From IMG/VR virus record IMGVR_UViG_3300028832_000100: a DNA stretch of 64,000 bases. The stretch is one strand, 5' to 3'. Each line of letters starts with the position of its first letter. The first letter of the stretch is position 1. The stretch comes from a virus (taxonomy: Duplodnaviria; Caudoviricetes). Shown one piece after another: positions 39,346-48,939 of this stretch. Made by a program: the position numbers and the translations under genes. The notes under the pieces are model-generated. The model was not told the DNA's origin, ran no database searches, and worked only from the letters and a program-made list of their open reading frames with translations.

Positions 39346-39476
39346 GCTTGGTTACCTCTTGATAGTCTAAGTACATTACCTGTTTGTGTTGTTTTTCTTC
39401 CTCTACCTTTATCGTTAAGTGTTATTGTGTGATTTTGAAATTTTATAACCAGCTTGCCAAGAGCTAATCTCACCAT
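39342..39476 (-). CDS. Small hypothetical protein (44 aa)
   Basis: Manual ORF filling the gap; ATGA overlap with the LRR gene. Confidence 0.3.
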   Translation of the reverse strand: MVRLALGKLVIKFQNHTITLNDKGRGRKTTQTGNVLRLSRGNQA

Positions 39477-39499
39477 TAATAATGATCGTCTAAAAACAC

Positions 39500-39925
39500 T
39501 CATGTTCCTACTATTATTCCTATATTGTTGAGTATACTAAACTGATAAGTTTTGTTTATTTCAATGGTTGGAAACTCATCGATCCATGTTATTCCATTTG
39601 GGAATGTGACTGTCGGAGCGGTTGAGCCGGATAAAAATTGACCCTTGTACTCACACTCACGACCCGAAATTGCATTGCCAAAAGTTATGGTAAGGCTTGT
39701 GATTGTCCCTGTAAAATTATAAAACACATTTGGAGACAATGCTTGTGAAACCACACCATTGTCGGAGATGGTAACTAACCTACTATTATCTGATTCGCTT
39801 GCCCAACTATCAATAATTTGTGCATTTGATGTTGGGTCACTGCTGTTCATTGCTTCTCTCCAATCTTGAAAGATTGTAGAAGAGCTATCTGTTAATTCTA
39901 GATTTAGATAGGAAGATTTAGGCAT
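39500..39925 (-). CDS. Tail fibre-associated protein
   Basis: TVTFPNGITW...KTYQFSILN C-terminal motif. Confidence 0.55.
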   Translation of the reverse strand: MPKSSYLNLELTDSSSTIFQDWREAMNSSDPTSNAQIIDSWASESDNSRLVTISDNGVVSQALSPNVFYNFTGTITSLTITFGNAISGRECEYKGQFLSGSTAPTVTFPNGITWIDEFPTIEINKTYQFSILNNIGIIVGT

Positions 39926-39946
39926 AGCCCTTAATTTCTCCTTTTA

Positions 39947-40378
39947 TCATGTAATTGAGAAATCCAGTGACCCTACTTTTAACACAACAACACTGTTTGC
40001 TGTCGGAGTAATTGATGTCTCAGCCCCACCGCTATTTAATATCCTACCAGATGCTAACAAAGTCCCACCCGTAGCTGCATCATATACCACGGCATAAGTG
40101 AGTATTCCCCATGAACCTGTAGCCGCGTTGAAGTGTATCTCTTTGTCATTTGTGATCTTTGATTCGGACGGGTTTCCCATCATTTGTGTAGCAGATTGAC
40201 CCGCGATTCCTACCAAAACTCTTGCATACCCATTTCCGGAAGGTTCTGTTACGTTTCCCCCCGACTTGTTTGGTTGAGTTGATGATAGACCCAAGTAACA
40301 GGTGGATCCGATTTGTGCACTACTTGTTTTTCCAAACATTGCGCTTAATATACGGTTTGCTGCATAATCTGTGATCAT
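39947..40378 (-). CDS. Phage tail fibre/structural protein
   Basis: YLGLSST...EPSGNGYARV...ATGSWG...YDAATGG. Confidence 0.65.
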   Translation of the reverse strand: MITDYAANRILSAMFGKTSSAQIGSTCYLGLSSTQPNKSGGNVTEPSGNGYARVLVGIAGQSATQMMGNPSESKITNDKEIHFNAATGSWGILTYAVVYDAATGGTLLASGRILNSGGAETSITPTANSVVVLKVGSLDFSIT

Positions 40379-40381
40379 TTA

Positions 40382-41308
40382 TTATTCCTCCACTAATCTT
40401 AATTGTTGAAGTGTACTTTCATCCATATTATACAAGTAAAGAGAATCAAAATCTCCTAACTCGCTCAATCTATACATGGTTACTTTCCCAAGTCCTTGCA
40501 GTTGTTGATCTGTTGAATTTATTGATGTAAACAAGCCAGCAGCTTTCAAACAATTTGCATATGCAGAAATGGATTCAAACTGGTTTATGGATATCTTTAA
40601 TATGTTACCCAATTCCACATAGACGCTATCACTGAAGTTCATACTAGACACCGATCTTGCAAGTATAGCCTCTGTAATAATGACTTTGATAGCATCTTGA
40701 ACATTACTAATGGCGTTCAGGTTCGGTATGTAACAAACTTCACACAGTTGGATATTAACATTTTCAGAAAAGTTTAGCGTATCTTTCACCGCTATATATG
40801 CGTTAGTATCTAACGATACTACGATGGATGATTTTAAGTTAAATTTAGAATCTATATTTATATTGGCAGGACTTATGACTTGAGGAGTTGCCGACCCGTT
40901 GAGAAAAAAGACATCATTTATAGCGTTGTTAATACCGTCCATATCTATCATAACAGCGGTTCCATCTAAGAGATTTACCTCTTGTACCACTGCTATTTTT
41001 GCCTCCATGAGATCGGCAATCATATTCCCAATGGAATCTGACTCCCCTTGTATCTCAACCATTAAACCACCGCAAGATTCTGGTGTTGTTGAAGCTATTA
41101 AATTTGAAAGTGCATCAATATTTATCACTTCACCTGTCATCGCATAAATGCTATCAATGACAGATCCTAAATTTGATAGATCATTTATCCACATATAAAC
41201 ACGCTTATGTGTTGGTTTTTCCCATAGAAGGTCACTTCCTTCGTAGAGTTTGAATAACTCCATACCGTCTTTATACATGGCAATAATTGTACTATAATCG
41301 TAACTCAT
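40382..41308 (-). CDS. Hypothetical structural protein
   Basis: 308-aa coupled ORF. Confidence 0.45.
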   Translation of the reverse strand: MSYDYSTIIAMYKDGMELFKLYEGSDLLWEKPTHKRVYMWINDLSNLGSVIDSIYAMTGEVINIDALSNLIASTTPESCGGLMVEIQGESDSIGNMIADLMEAKIAVVQEVNLLDGTAVMIDMDGINNAINDVFFLNGSATPQVISPANINIDSKFNLKSSIVVSLDTNAYIAVKDTLNFSENVNIQLCEVCYIPNLNAISNVQDAIKVIITEAILARSVSSMNFSDSVYVELGNILKISINQFESISAYANCLKAAGLFTSINSTDQQLQGLGKVTMYRLSELGDFDSLYLYNMDESTLQQLRLVEE

Positions 41309-41547
41309 GCTAATGGATCATATATATAGTAGAAATCAGAGCCGGGGTCTACCAATGCATCATATTCTTCTTGTGTTACAAGATGTATTGGTATTCCACT
41401 CCCACTGGTCTGAATACTATCTATTTTATCAGCGTAGGAACGGAAGGTATCTTCTGTAGAAACGAGGACATTCTTGTGTATAATAGCTTGTCGAATATCC
41501 TCTTTTGTTTGTTCTAGATAGTCTAATTTCTGCTTAATTGTTGACAT
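41305..41547 (-). CDS. Small tail fibre-related protein
   Basis: KLDYLEQTKEDIRQAI...FRSYADKI and TQEEYDAL motifs. Confidence 0.55.
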   Translation of the reverse strand: MSTIKQKLDYLEQTKEDIRQAIIHKNVLVSTEDTFRSYADKIDSIQTSGSGIPIHLVTQEEYDALVDPGSDFYYIYDPLA

Positions 41548-41553
41548 AACTTA

Positions 41554-42111
41554 TTAGATGTTAATCTCTTTTACGTAAAGTGTTATAATTGTTGTGAGAT
41601 CACTGCCATCGAATGGACCGTCGATTATATTACTTCTTTGCGCTGGATCAGATATTCTCAATGTGTCTTCTGCAACAGTATCATTATAAATAATGTCAAA
41701 ATCTATTACATTGTCACCAGCATCAATAACAGAAGTTGGCAGTCTTACTGACCCGTATTCACCGCTTTGCCAAGACGATTGGAAAATACCATAGAAATAT
41801 TGAATTGGACAATTGTAAAGTTGCATCTCTGCCCAAACAACATACATAGTGCTGTCTTTGAATGTGAATGACTCGTTATCTGTCCACTGCCACTCGCCAA
41901 GGCTTTCATTGTATCTGTACTGAGCGACCTGTATGAATTGATGTTGAATAATTCCTGATACTTCTAGTGCATTATTGTTGGAAACAGCAAGAAATGCCTT
42001 ACATTTATCTGTACCATCTACTGGTACAAAGTAGATACTACCTTCCTCCAGGTTGTTTGAAGGAAGGCTATCTACCTTATGAAAAATTACTTTTGGATTA
42101 TTGTTCGCCAT
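41554..42111 (-). CDS. Hypothetical tail-associated protein
   Basis: KVDSLPS...GSIYFV motif. Confidence 0.45.
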   Translation of the reverse strand: MANNNPKVIFHKVDSLPSNNLEEGSIYFVPVDGTDKCKAFLAVSNNNALEVSGIIQHQFIQVAQYRYNESLGEWQWTDNESFTFKDSTMYVVWAEMQLYNCPIQYFYGIFQSSWQSGEYGSVRLPTSVIDAGDNVIDFDIIYNDTVAEDTLRISDPAQRSNIIDGPFDGSDLTTIITLYVKEINI

Positions 42112-42313
42112 TTTCTATTTCCTTTTCTGGATCAAAAATAGGCTCATCAGTTTCTTCATAGCTATATCTGCAAGGATAAATGTCAATCGGTTTGTCGTAA
42201 AGTGTGCCGGTTTCGACTTGAAGCAATTTTACACCTTTGTCAGAGTATTGCTGAATCAAATTCTCATGCTCAACCCCTTTGTCATCTGTCCAAGGATAAA
42301 TCGGTTTAATCAT
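42098..42313 (-). CDS. Small hypothetical protein
   Basis: YSDKGVKLLQVETG; SD present. Confidence 0.5.
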   Translation of the reverse strand: MIKPIYPWTDDKGVEHENLIQQYSDKGVKLLQVETGTLYDKPIDIYPCRYSYEETDEPIFDPEKEIENGEQ

Positions 42314-42328
42314 AGTGTTTTATCTCCT

Positions 42329-43987
42329 TTATTGAATTGCTTGAATCCTGCTTGCAAGAGATGCCCAGTTCGTAGCTGCTTGATATGTTGCTACAGAATC
42401 TGCCGGAACGTAAATAGGGCAGTCATTTGTACTGTCAAAAGCATTGGCTTCAGCGAGAGTAGGAGGGGTCGTAGCCCTAATGGTTATCCCTGTAAGAGAT
42501 GTACAATTCTTAAATGCTTGGCTTTTGATTTGGGAAATTCCGGTTCCGATGTCAATACTTGTAAGCTGTCCATTCTGAAGGAATGCAGCAGTGCCTATGC
42601 TTGTTACGGTATTCGGAATCTTCAACTCCACAGCAAGCCTTTGACAGACCGAAAAAGAATAATCTCCTATTGTTACAAGTCCTTCAGATAATGTTAAAGA
42701 TGTCATGTACTGGCAGCTATAAAATGCGTATTGACCAATAGAAATTATGCTTGACGGAATAAATAGACTTGTTATCGAATTATTATTTGTAAAACTGGAA
42801 TTTCCAATATACTTAACAGGATTACCATCTATGCTGCTCGGGATTGCTATGGCAGTATCAGTACAAGTTCCGATTCCTGTAATGGTTGCTTCATTGCTGG
42901 AAACAGTGTACGCCAAACCTTCCGACGGAATTGGGAAAATTCTGCTTGCTATTGCGCTCCAGTTAGTCGCGGTTTTATAAGCGTTTAATGATGCTGCAGG
43001 GACATAGATTGGGCAGTTATTATTGAGATCAAATGCATTGGCGTTGTCCAGTGCAGGCGGTGTCGTTGCATGAATTGTTACGGAAGATACCCTACTGTAT
43101 CTAAAAGCATAATATGCTATTGATGTAACACCGGTTCCAATCTCTACGGTTCTTGCTGAAGTATTTACACCATTTGCAAATGCATGACCTTCGATAGTCG
43201 TTACGCTATTCGGAATCTTAACATTTATGATAGCAGTTCCTCTAAATGCGCTGCTGTTTATTGTTTGTACCCCTTCAGAAATGATTGCTTCAGAAAGATT
43301 ACTACAACCATCAAAAGCACGTATATACACGTCAGAAATTGTTGATGGGATATAAACTCCTGTAATGGCTGTATTATACTGAAGGCACTCATCTCGCATG
43401 CTTGTAACAGGATATCCATTATAAGTGCTTGGAATAACTATAAATGTATCGGTACATGTTCCAATCCCCTGTAGTATGGCTTTGTTGCTTGTAACAGTAA
43501 AGGAGAGACCTTCTGATGGAATCGGTTGAATACGAGAAGCAAGAGATGACCAGTTTGTTGCCGTTTTATAAGCGTCAAGAGATTGAACTGGTACATAGAT
43601 TGGACAATTATTGGTACTATCAAAAGCGTTTGCATTACCAAGTGTCGGAGGATTCGTCGCATGAATCGTGATGCTCGTAAGCCCTATACAACCGGTGAAC
43701 GCCAAATTCTCAATGCTCGTGACGCTGTTCGGTATCGTGACGCTTGTCAGCCCTGTACAACCATAGAACGCAGAACTTCCAATGCTCGTAACTCCTGTCA
43801 AATCTTCTGCTGTAACAGTTGTAATACTGCGGTCAACAAGCTGTTGCAATTTATTATACGTACCTGTAACTTTTCCGTCAGCAGTATATGCTGTTTTACC
43901 GAGAAGAATATCAGCAGCCGTTGCTGTTGCGTCAGATGTATCGACTCCTGCTTTTAATGGAAGTGTTTTAGTTTTTAGTAAAGTCAT
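42329..43987 (-). CDS. BspA-type LRR protein with triplicated module
   Basis: TIPNSVTSIG repeats; three copies of AT-x-PP-x-L...NAFD...CPIYVP...Y-x-x-ATNW. Confidence 0.85.
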   Translation of the reverse strand: MTLLKTKTLPLKAGVDTSDATATAADILLGKTAYTADGKVTGTYNKLQQLVDRSITTVTAEDLTGVTSIGSSAFYGCTGLTSVTIPNSVTSIENLAFTGCIGLTSITIHATNPPTLGNANAFDSTNNCPIYVPVQSLDAYKTATNWSSLASRIQPIPSEGLSFTVTSNKAILQGIGTCTDTFIVIPSTYNGYPVTSMRDECLQYNTAITGVYIPSTISDVYIRAFDGCSNLSEAIISEGVQTINSSAFRGTAIINVKIPNSVTTIEGHAFANGVNTSARTVEIGTGVTSIAYYAFRYSRVSSVTIHATTPPALDNANAFDLNNNCPIYVPAASLNAYKTATNWSAIASRIFPIPSEGLAYTVSSNEATITGIGTCTDTAIAIPSSIDGNPVKYIGNSSFTNNNSITSLFIPSSIISIGQYAFYSCQYMTSLTLSEGLVTIGDYSFSVCQRLAVELKIPNTVTSIGTAAFLQNGQLTSIDIGTGISQIKSQAFKNCTSLTGITIRATTPPTLAEANAFDSTNDCPIYVPADSVATYQAATNWASLASRIQAIQ

Positions 43988-44004
43988 GTAAAATCACCTC
44001 ACCA

Positions 44005-44301
44005 TTAATACTCAATAGCTTCTACTTCTACCTCACCGGTTCCTTTTACATAAATAGTATCTACGAAATAAATACCATTCAGTGTATAGCCCGCATTAAT
44101 GAAGCATATTTCTCCCATGTCTGGAAGAATTTTAATAGACTCATTTTCTTCATCATTGTCTTCAAAAGAAACATATATTTCAGCTTCTGAGAAATTTTTT
44201 ACGAAGAATGACTTTGATCTTACATCAAATGTAAATGGTTCCCAGTTTCCTGTTAGTGTTTTTCTTATTACTTTTTGTTTTATAGTAGGTTGTGTTGACA
44301 T
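44005..44301 (-). CDS. Hypothetical protein
   Basis: ORF in the operon. Confidence 0.5.
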   Translation of the reverse strand: MSTQPTIKQKVIRKTLTGNWEPFTFDVRSKSFFVKNFSEAEIYVSFEDNDEENESIKILPDMGEICFINAGYTLNGIYFVDTIYVKGTGEVEVEAIEY

Positions 44302-44323
44302 TTGTTGTTATGTTTCCTTTCCT

Positions 44324-45577
44324 TTAATATGTAAACAGCATTCTTGCTCTCAATGGTTTTGCAGCAATATCGTTGTAGCGTTGAATTGTATGAGTTCCGA
44401 GACTACTATTATAGACTACATCAAGGAAGAAAGAGTGGAAAGTGTCAGTGGTTTCTTGGAATGTAACTATCTCTGAACGTGTATCACCCGCATACTCAAA
44501 TTCAACAAGGCATATCCCCCCGACATTTGTAAAGGTGATTGTGCGGTCATTATCACTACTACTGCCATCAACGTGGACTGAATCTACCCAAAAATAGTCT
44601 GTGAAGTATGACGGAGAATGAATACTGCCGTCTCTGTGAACCCAGAACGGGTACGAGGTGGATTGGGAAGCTTTACTTTGATTTATCAGCACCAGTTCTG
44701 GATAATTTATTCCATCACTTGAGCCACCAAGAGACCACTCATATACTGTTCCACTGTTTGGGTTATCGGGTGTGTCGTCGTAAATTACTGTAAAATCAGA
44801 AGCATAAATGCTACCGGTTGAAGATACCTTTTCTGCATCTATATTTAATGTTTTTGATTCGGGTCCGGATGATACTGGACACCCTATTTTAGGGGTGGTG
44901 TTACCGAAAGTGATTTCACCGTTTTTTATTGTTATGTTCTGCCCCTGACCGACTACCCCGGGAATATATATTGTGGATCCGTTTGCACCGGTCAGACTTG
45001 TAAAGTAGATATTTGGATAATTTGTAGAACCTGAAGTATTACTACCGATTTGTCTAACCTTTAGAATACCGTTAGTAGAATCAGTTGCTGTAATATTTCC
45101 AGCGGTATCAATGTTTCCAGTGGTAGTAATGTTTCCAACGGTATCAATGTTTCCATTGTAGCCATTTAGCGAGATAGTGGGGGATTCTACCTCTGTATCT
45201 GTTCCCTCGTACAGTTTTATGCTACCCTGGTCCACTACTTGAATTGTGTCTGTATATCCAAAATCTTGATTACCCAAAAATGTAGCAGTTTTTGAAAAAG
45301 TGGAAAATCCTTGTATTGCAGCATTCCCTTTTAGGTAGGAATCTCCATAAACATGAAGTTTATCAAGACTTTCACCAATGTTGAAATATTGGTCTGAATC
45401 GGCTTTGAAGTAAAATCTTCCCTCATTAGGACTAACCGATGTATTTGTTACAAATATAATACTGCCTATATCTGCTTTATTTCCGTCTGTGATTGAAGGT
45501 GGAGTGGATGATGTGTTAAGCGAACCAGTACGGAATTTTATCTGCGTATTGTCATATACATTTGGCATACTGTGCAC
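44324..45577 (-). CDS. Putative tail fibre protein
   Basis: GNI-x-T repeats; T/S/G/N-rich. Confidence 0.55.
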   Translation of the reverse strand: MHSMPNVYDNTQIKFRTGSLNTSSTPPSITDGNKADIGSIIFVTNTSVSPNEGRFYFKADSDQYFNIGESLDKLHVYGDSYLKGNAAIQGFSTFSKTATFLGNQDFGYTDTIQVVDQGSIKLYEGTDTEVESPTISLNGYNGNIDTVGNITTTGNIDTAGNITATDSTNGILKVRQIGSNTSGSTNYPNIYFTSLTGANGSTIYIPGVVGQGQNITIKNGEITFGNTTPKIGCPVSSGPESKTLNIDAEKVSSTGSIYASDFTVIYDDTPDNPNSGTVYEWSLGGSSDGINYPELVLINQSKASQSTSYPFWVHRDGSIHSPSYFTDYFWVDSVHVDGSSSDNDRTITFTNVGGICLVEFEYAGDTRSEIVTFQETTDTFHSFFLDVVYNSSLGTHTIQRYNDIAAKPLRARMLFTY

Positions 45578-45583
45578 CTCCTA

Positions 45584-45745
45584 TTAAGACCATGTTCCCC
45601 AATAAGGAAATATGTTTTCTTCTTTTACATTAACTGAAATAGTACATTTTTTGTTATCCACTGTAACTGATGCTGTGTCTGTATCCTTACCCTCGTAGTA
45701 GACTTTTTCTATCTCGTTATTCAGTTTTCCATATAAGTAATCCAT
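45584..45745 (-). CDS. Small hypothetical protein (53 aa)
   Basis: Manual translation MDYLYGKLNNEIEK...PYWGTWS; SD GAGG. Confidence 0.5.
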   Translation of the reverse strand: MDYLYGKLNNEIEKVYYEGKDTDTASVTVDNKKCTISVNVKEENIFPYWGTWS

Positions 45746-45749
45746 TTGT

Positions 45750-46121
45750 TTAGTCCTCTATGTAAAACTTTCTTTTTGGAATGATTGTGTCAATTATCTC
45801 TTCTCCACTATCATTCAGTCTTCTTAATTTAACTATATAATAATAGAGACCGTTTTCAAGGTGCTCAGTATCTTTAGTGTTAAAAGTAACTACCAAGTCC
45901 CCATGCTCGTTGATCTCTCTGTTATCTTTGTCATAAACCTTCCTTACAATCGCTGTTTCAAAAGGTTGACCAGGTTCACATATCCCAAGATACACGATAT
46001 CATCGTCTTGTAAAGTATATCTTACGGGCGATATTTCTGTGCCTGCATTGATGAATAGAGGGATAGAAATATTGTCACCCCTTGATAGAGTTACTATCCC
46101 ATCTTTTGAAATACTAAACAT
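45750..46121 (-). CDS. BppU-like beta-sandwich tail/baseplate accessory protein
   Basis: LSRGD...DT-x-x-L-x-x-G-x-YYY...TIIP...F motif. Confidence 0.55.
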   Translation of the reverse strand: MFSISKDGIVTLSRGDNISIPLFINAGTEISPVRYTLQDDDIVYLGICEPGQPFETAIVRKVYDKDNREINEHGDLVVTFNTKDTEHLENGLYYYIVKLRRLNDSGEEIIDTIIPKRKFYIED

Positions 46122-46137
46122 TTCTATCCCCTCTCTG

Positions 46138-46644
46138 TTAATAACTAGTACGAATAAGAAATTTATAATCTCCTACGGACAAACCACTTACCGAGTAGCA
46201 AAAATATGATTCTTCATCATATGAAAGAAGTCCTTGCTCTGTAATGCTTACTGGAATATTTCCTTCCAGATAAACCACACTGGCAATCGGTTTCCGGATG
46301 CAAATCCACAGTGTTTTTTCAGAATCATCGTTGGATACCTGTGCAAGTGCCTCTCGTCCAGCAAACCCTATCTGACTTAATGACAAGAACTCATTGTAAT
46401 CATGCTCTGTAAGACCTGATATGTCCGAAGCGAATGAGAATCCTACTCGAAGTACCTCATATTCCTGTGATAACTCTACCCATTGACCTTTCGATCTACC
46501 AAAAACAGCATTTGGAATATCAACATCTTTTACATAATCTTTGAATAGGGAAGGAGATACTTCCGGTGTTACTGTTAGACTTGTTTTTACTTCTGAAAAA
46601 TTAAACATTTCTTTCTCCTTCCTTATTTCACCAAGACAACACAT
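46138..46644 (-). CDS. Hypothetical protein
   Basis: ORF in the operon. Confidence 0.45.
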   Translation of the reverse strand: MCCLGEIRKEKEMFNFSEVKTSLTVTPEVSPSLFKDYVKDVDIPNAVFGRSKGQWVELSQEYEVLRVGFSFASDISGLTEHDYNEFLSLSQIGFAGREALAQVSNDDSEKTLWICIRKPIASVVYLEGNIPVSITEQGLLSYDEESYFCYSVSGLSVGDYKFLIRTSY

Positions 46645-47165
46645 TCGTCTGGCTTAAAGATTGTTTGTTTGATCGTTATTTCTTTCTTACTGTTAGAATC
46701 ATTTTCATCATAAAGAGGATTGTCAAGTGTTCCTACAATAGAAAGGTCAATAAAGTATCTTCCTTTTGCCATTGCTTTTGAAAGGTCATCATAAATGAAG
46801 ATTGCAACATTTACTGTTCCATCTTCATTGCAATGATAAACAGGATTGGCAGTATAGATACATTCATATCTGAAATTGTAGATATGGAAATGTAATTCTT
46901 GCTTGCCATTACTCATATATGTTGCGATTGATTCTCTATAAGCAGAACTGTCATAAGTAACATCTCCGCTCAAAGTAAAATTCAGTACAACATTATCACC
47001 ATACATCCAAGAATAACCAATCAACTCACCCTTTGCATTATACTCTTCAAGAGGTTTTACAGGCGGATAAGTGCCAAGTTGAGGTGGCTTCTTATTGATA
47101 TTATTTGGAATGTAAGTGCTTGGAGTTGCATTAAAATTTGTAAACATATCCATTATATTATACAA
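46623..47165 (-). CDS. Hypothetical protein
   Basis: ORF in the operon. Confidence 0.45.
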   Translation of the reverse strand: MYNIMDMFTNFNATPSTYIPNNINKKPPQLGTYPPVKPLEEYNAKGELIGYSWMYGDNVVLNFTLSGDVTYDSSAYRESIATYMSNGKQELHFHIYNFRYECIYTANPVYHCNEDGTVNVAIFIYDDLSKAMAKGRYFIDLSIVGTLDNPLYDENDSNSKKEITIKQTIFKPDECVVLVK

Positions 47166-48840
47166 ACTCCTTATCTATTTTTTCTTTGCCTACATCAATT
47201 TCTTCATAAGTTGGATTTAATTGAATTAGTAGACCTTCAAGTGTTCCGACATTTGCAGTTTCATCTGCAATGGTATTTTTCAAAGGTTCAAGGTATTCAT
47301 CAAACCCTTCAAAATCAAATGTAGCCAGAGCACTGTTATATTGGTCAATTAAATTCCATTGCTGTTGGATTAGATCATGCAATACGGATGAAAGACCGCG
47401 AACTCTATCTTCTTCTGTTGGCTCTGTTTGTTTTACTTCCATTTCTTCCATATCTTCCTTTAATGATTCATCTTTCCTGTCCCAATAAGAAAGTGCAACT
47501 GCATATCTTTGTTTTCTGTCTGGATATTCATCTTTTGTTACAGACATAAATCTGCTAATAAAATCTTTTTTAGATTCACCCTTATTAGGATATACTTCTG
47601 TAATGACACTTTCTTGGAGCGATTCATTAGACTGTTTTGGAATATCTCCGTCTGTGCAGTGGATTGTGTAGTTGCCGGTATCGTAGTTCCAATACGACCC
47701 ACTTCTGATCGTGTTCCATTGATCAATTGTGCCTTGATAGGTGATGCTCATAAGCCCTGTACAATAGTAGAACGCCAGACCGCCAATGATCATAATGCTA
47801 TCCGGGATCGTTACGCTCGTAAGCTCTGTACAAACGGCGAATGCAGAAACTCCAATGCTCGTGACACTATCCGGGATTGTGACGTTTGTAAGCCCTGTAC
47901 AACCGGGGAACGCACGCTCTCCAATGCTCGTGACGCCATCCGGAATCACCAAATCGGTTACCAATTCCCCATTGAGATAGAGATTATGTGCATAATACAA
48001 TGGGTTTGCAGAGGAGTTTCCAAACGAAATGCCGCACCATGCCGCAAGATCGGTAATATAAACGCTCGTAAGCCCTGTACAACCGGAGAACGCATCATAT
48101 CCAATGCTAACAACACTGCTTGGGATTGTGATGCTCTCAAGCCCTGTGCAACCAGAGAATGCACCTTGACTTATTGCTGTGACGCTGTCCGGGATTTCAG
48201 CATTTTTTACATCCTTACTACACTTAATTAAAACATTATCTTTAATATAAAGACCATTGGTGTATGAAATTGGCTTATATACACCCTTTATTTCAACCCC
48301 GTCAGGAATATAGTCTACCTCTTTATCTGTCTCGTCAAAGATTTCGTAATTCTTTCTATTTTCAGGATCGCTTGCGAGTGCGTATTTACGGTTATCTTTC
48401 TTGCTAATGAAAAAGTAAAACTCTATTCCTTTGTCTGTGTATTGTTTCCAATACTTATTTTCATTTTCGTCTTGAATCCAACCGGATTCTTTACCGGTGA
48501 TGCACCATTTTGTGTTAGAACCGTACTTTTTAGCCGCTTCAAATGTGTTTATCTTATAAACTTTGTAATAATCGTTTTCAGCAACTAAATCAGCACCCTT
48601 TTTGGCTTCTTTATCTATTTGGGAGCGTGTCGGTGTTTCTTCGAGGGCATCCAATGCTTTTGTAAGCTCTTCCGGCTCTTTCTTTATCCAATAGTAGAGG
48701 TCTTTTTCCGCTCCCTTAAGACGGTCTTTTAATTTTAAGAATCTGTTTGCTTCTTCTTCACCAACATGAGCAATTAGTTTGTCTGTATCTGCTTTTGCTT
48801 CTGTTAGTAAATCTTCTTGAAGTAATTTTTTTATTTTCAA
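47158..48840 (-). CDS. Multi-module protein with an internal BspA-type LRR block
   Basis: TKWCI N-terminal module, LRRs, then ESLQESVITE and ESLKED linkers. Confidence 0.7.
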   Translation of the reverse strand: MKIKKLLQEDLLTEAKADTDKLIAHVGEEEANRFLKLKDRLKGAEKDLYYWIKKEPEELTKALDALEETPTRSQIDKEAKKGADLVAENDYYKVYKINTFEAAKKYGSNTKWCITGKESGWIQDENENKYWKQYTDKGIEFYFFISKKDNRKYALASDPENRKNYEIFDETDKEVDYIPDGVEIKGVYKPISYTNGLYIKDNVLIKCSKDVKNAEIPDSVTAISQGAFSGCTGLESITIPSSVVSIGYDAFSGCTGLTSVYITDLAAWCGISFGNSSANPLYYAHNLYLNGELVTDLVIPDGVTSIGERAFPGCTGLTNVTIPDSVTSIGVSAFAVCTELTSVTIPDSIMIIGGLAFYYCTGLMSITYQGTIDQWNTIRSGSYWNYDTGNYTIHCTDGDIPKQSNESLQESVITEVYPNKGESKKDFISRFMSVTKDEYPDRKQRYAVALSYWDRKDESLKEDMEEMEVKQTEPTEEDRVRGLSSVLHDLIQQQWNLIDQYNSALATFDFEGFDEYLEPLKNTIADETANVGTLEGLLIQLNPTYEEIDVGKEKIDKEFV

Positions 48841-48939
48841 GGTTGTCTTCTCCTTGTCAATCTTATGTGAATATGAACAGATAGGTTTCCACCCAATTTA
48901 TGCTGAATGGAAACCTATATTTAGAATAATTCTTATTCT

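Noticed and set aside
42329-48840. Diversity-generating retroelement TR/VR pair in the LRR genes
   Set aside because: No reverse transcriptase in the window, both copies are coding, and differences are not evidently adenine-specific.
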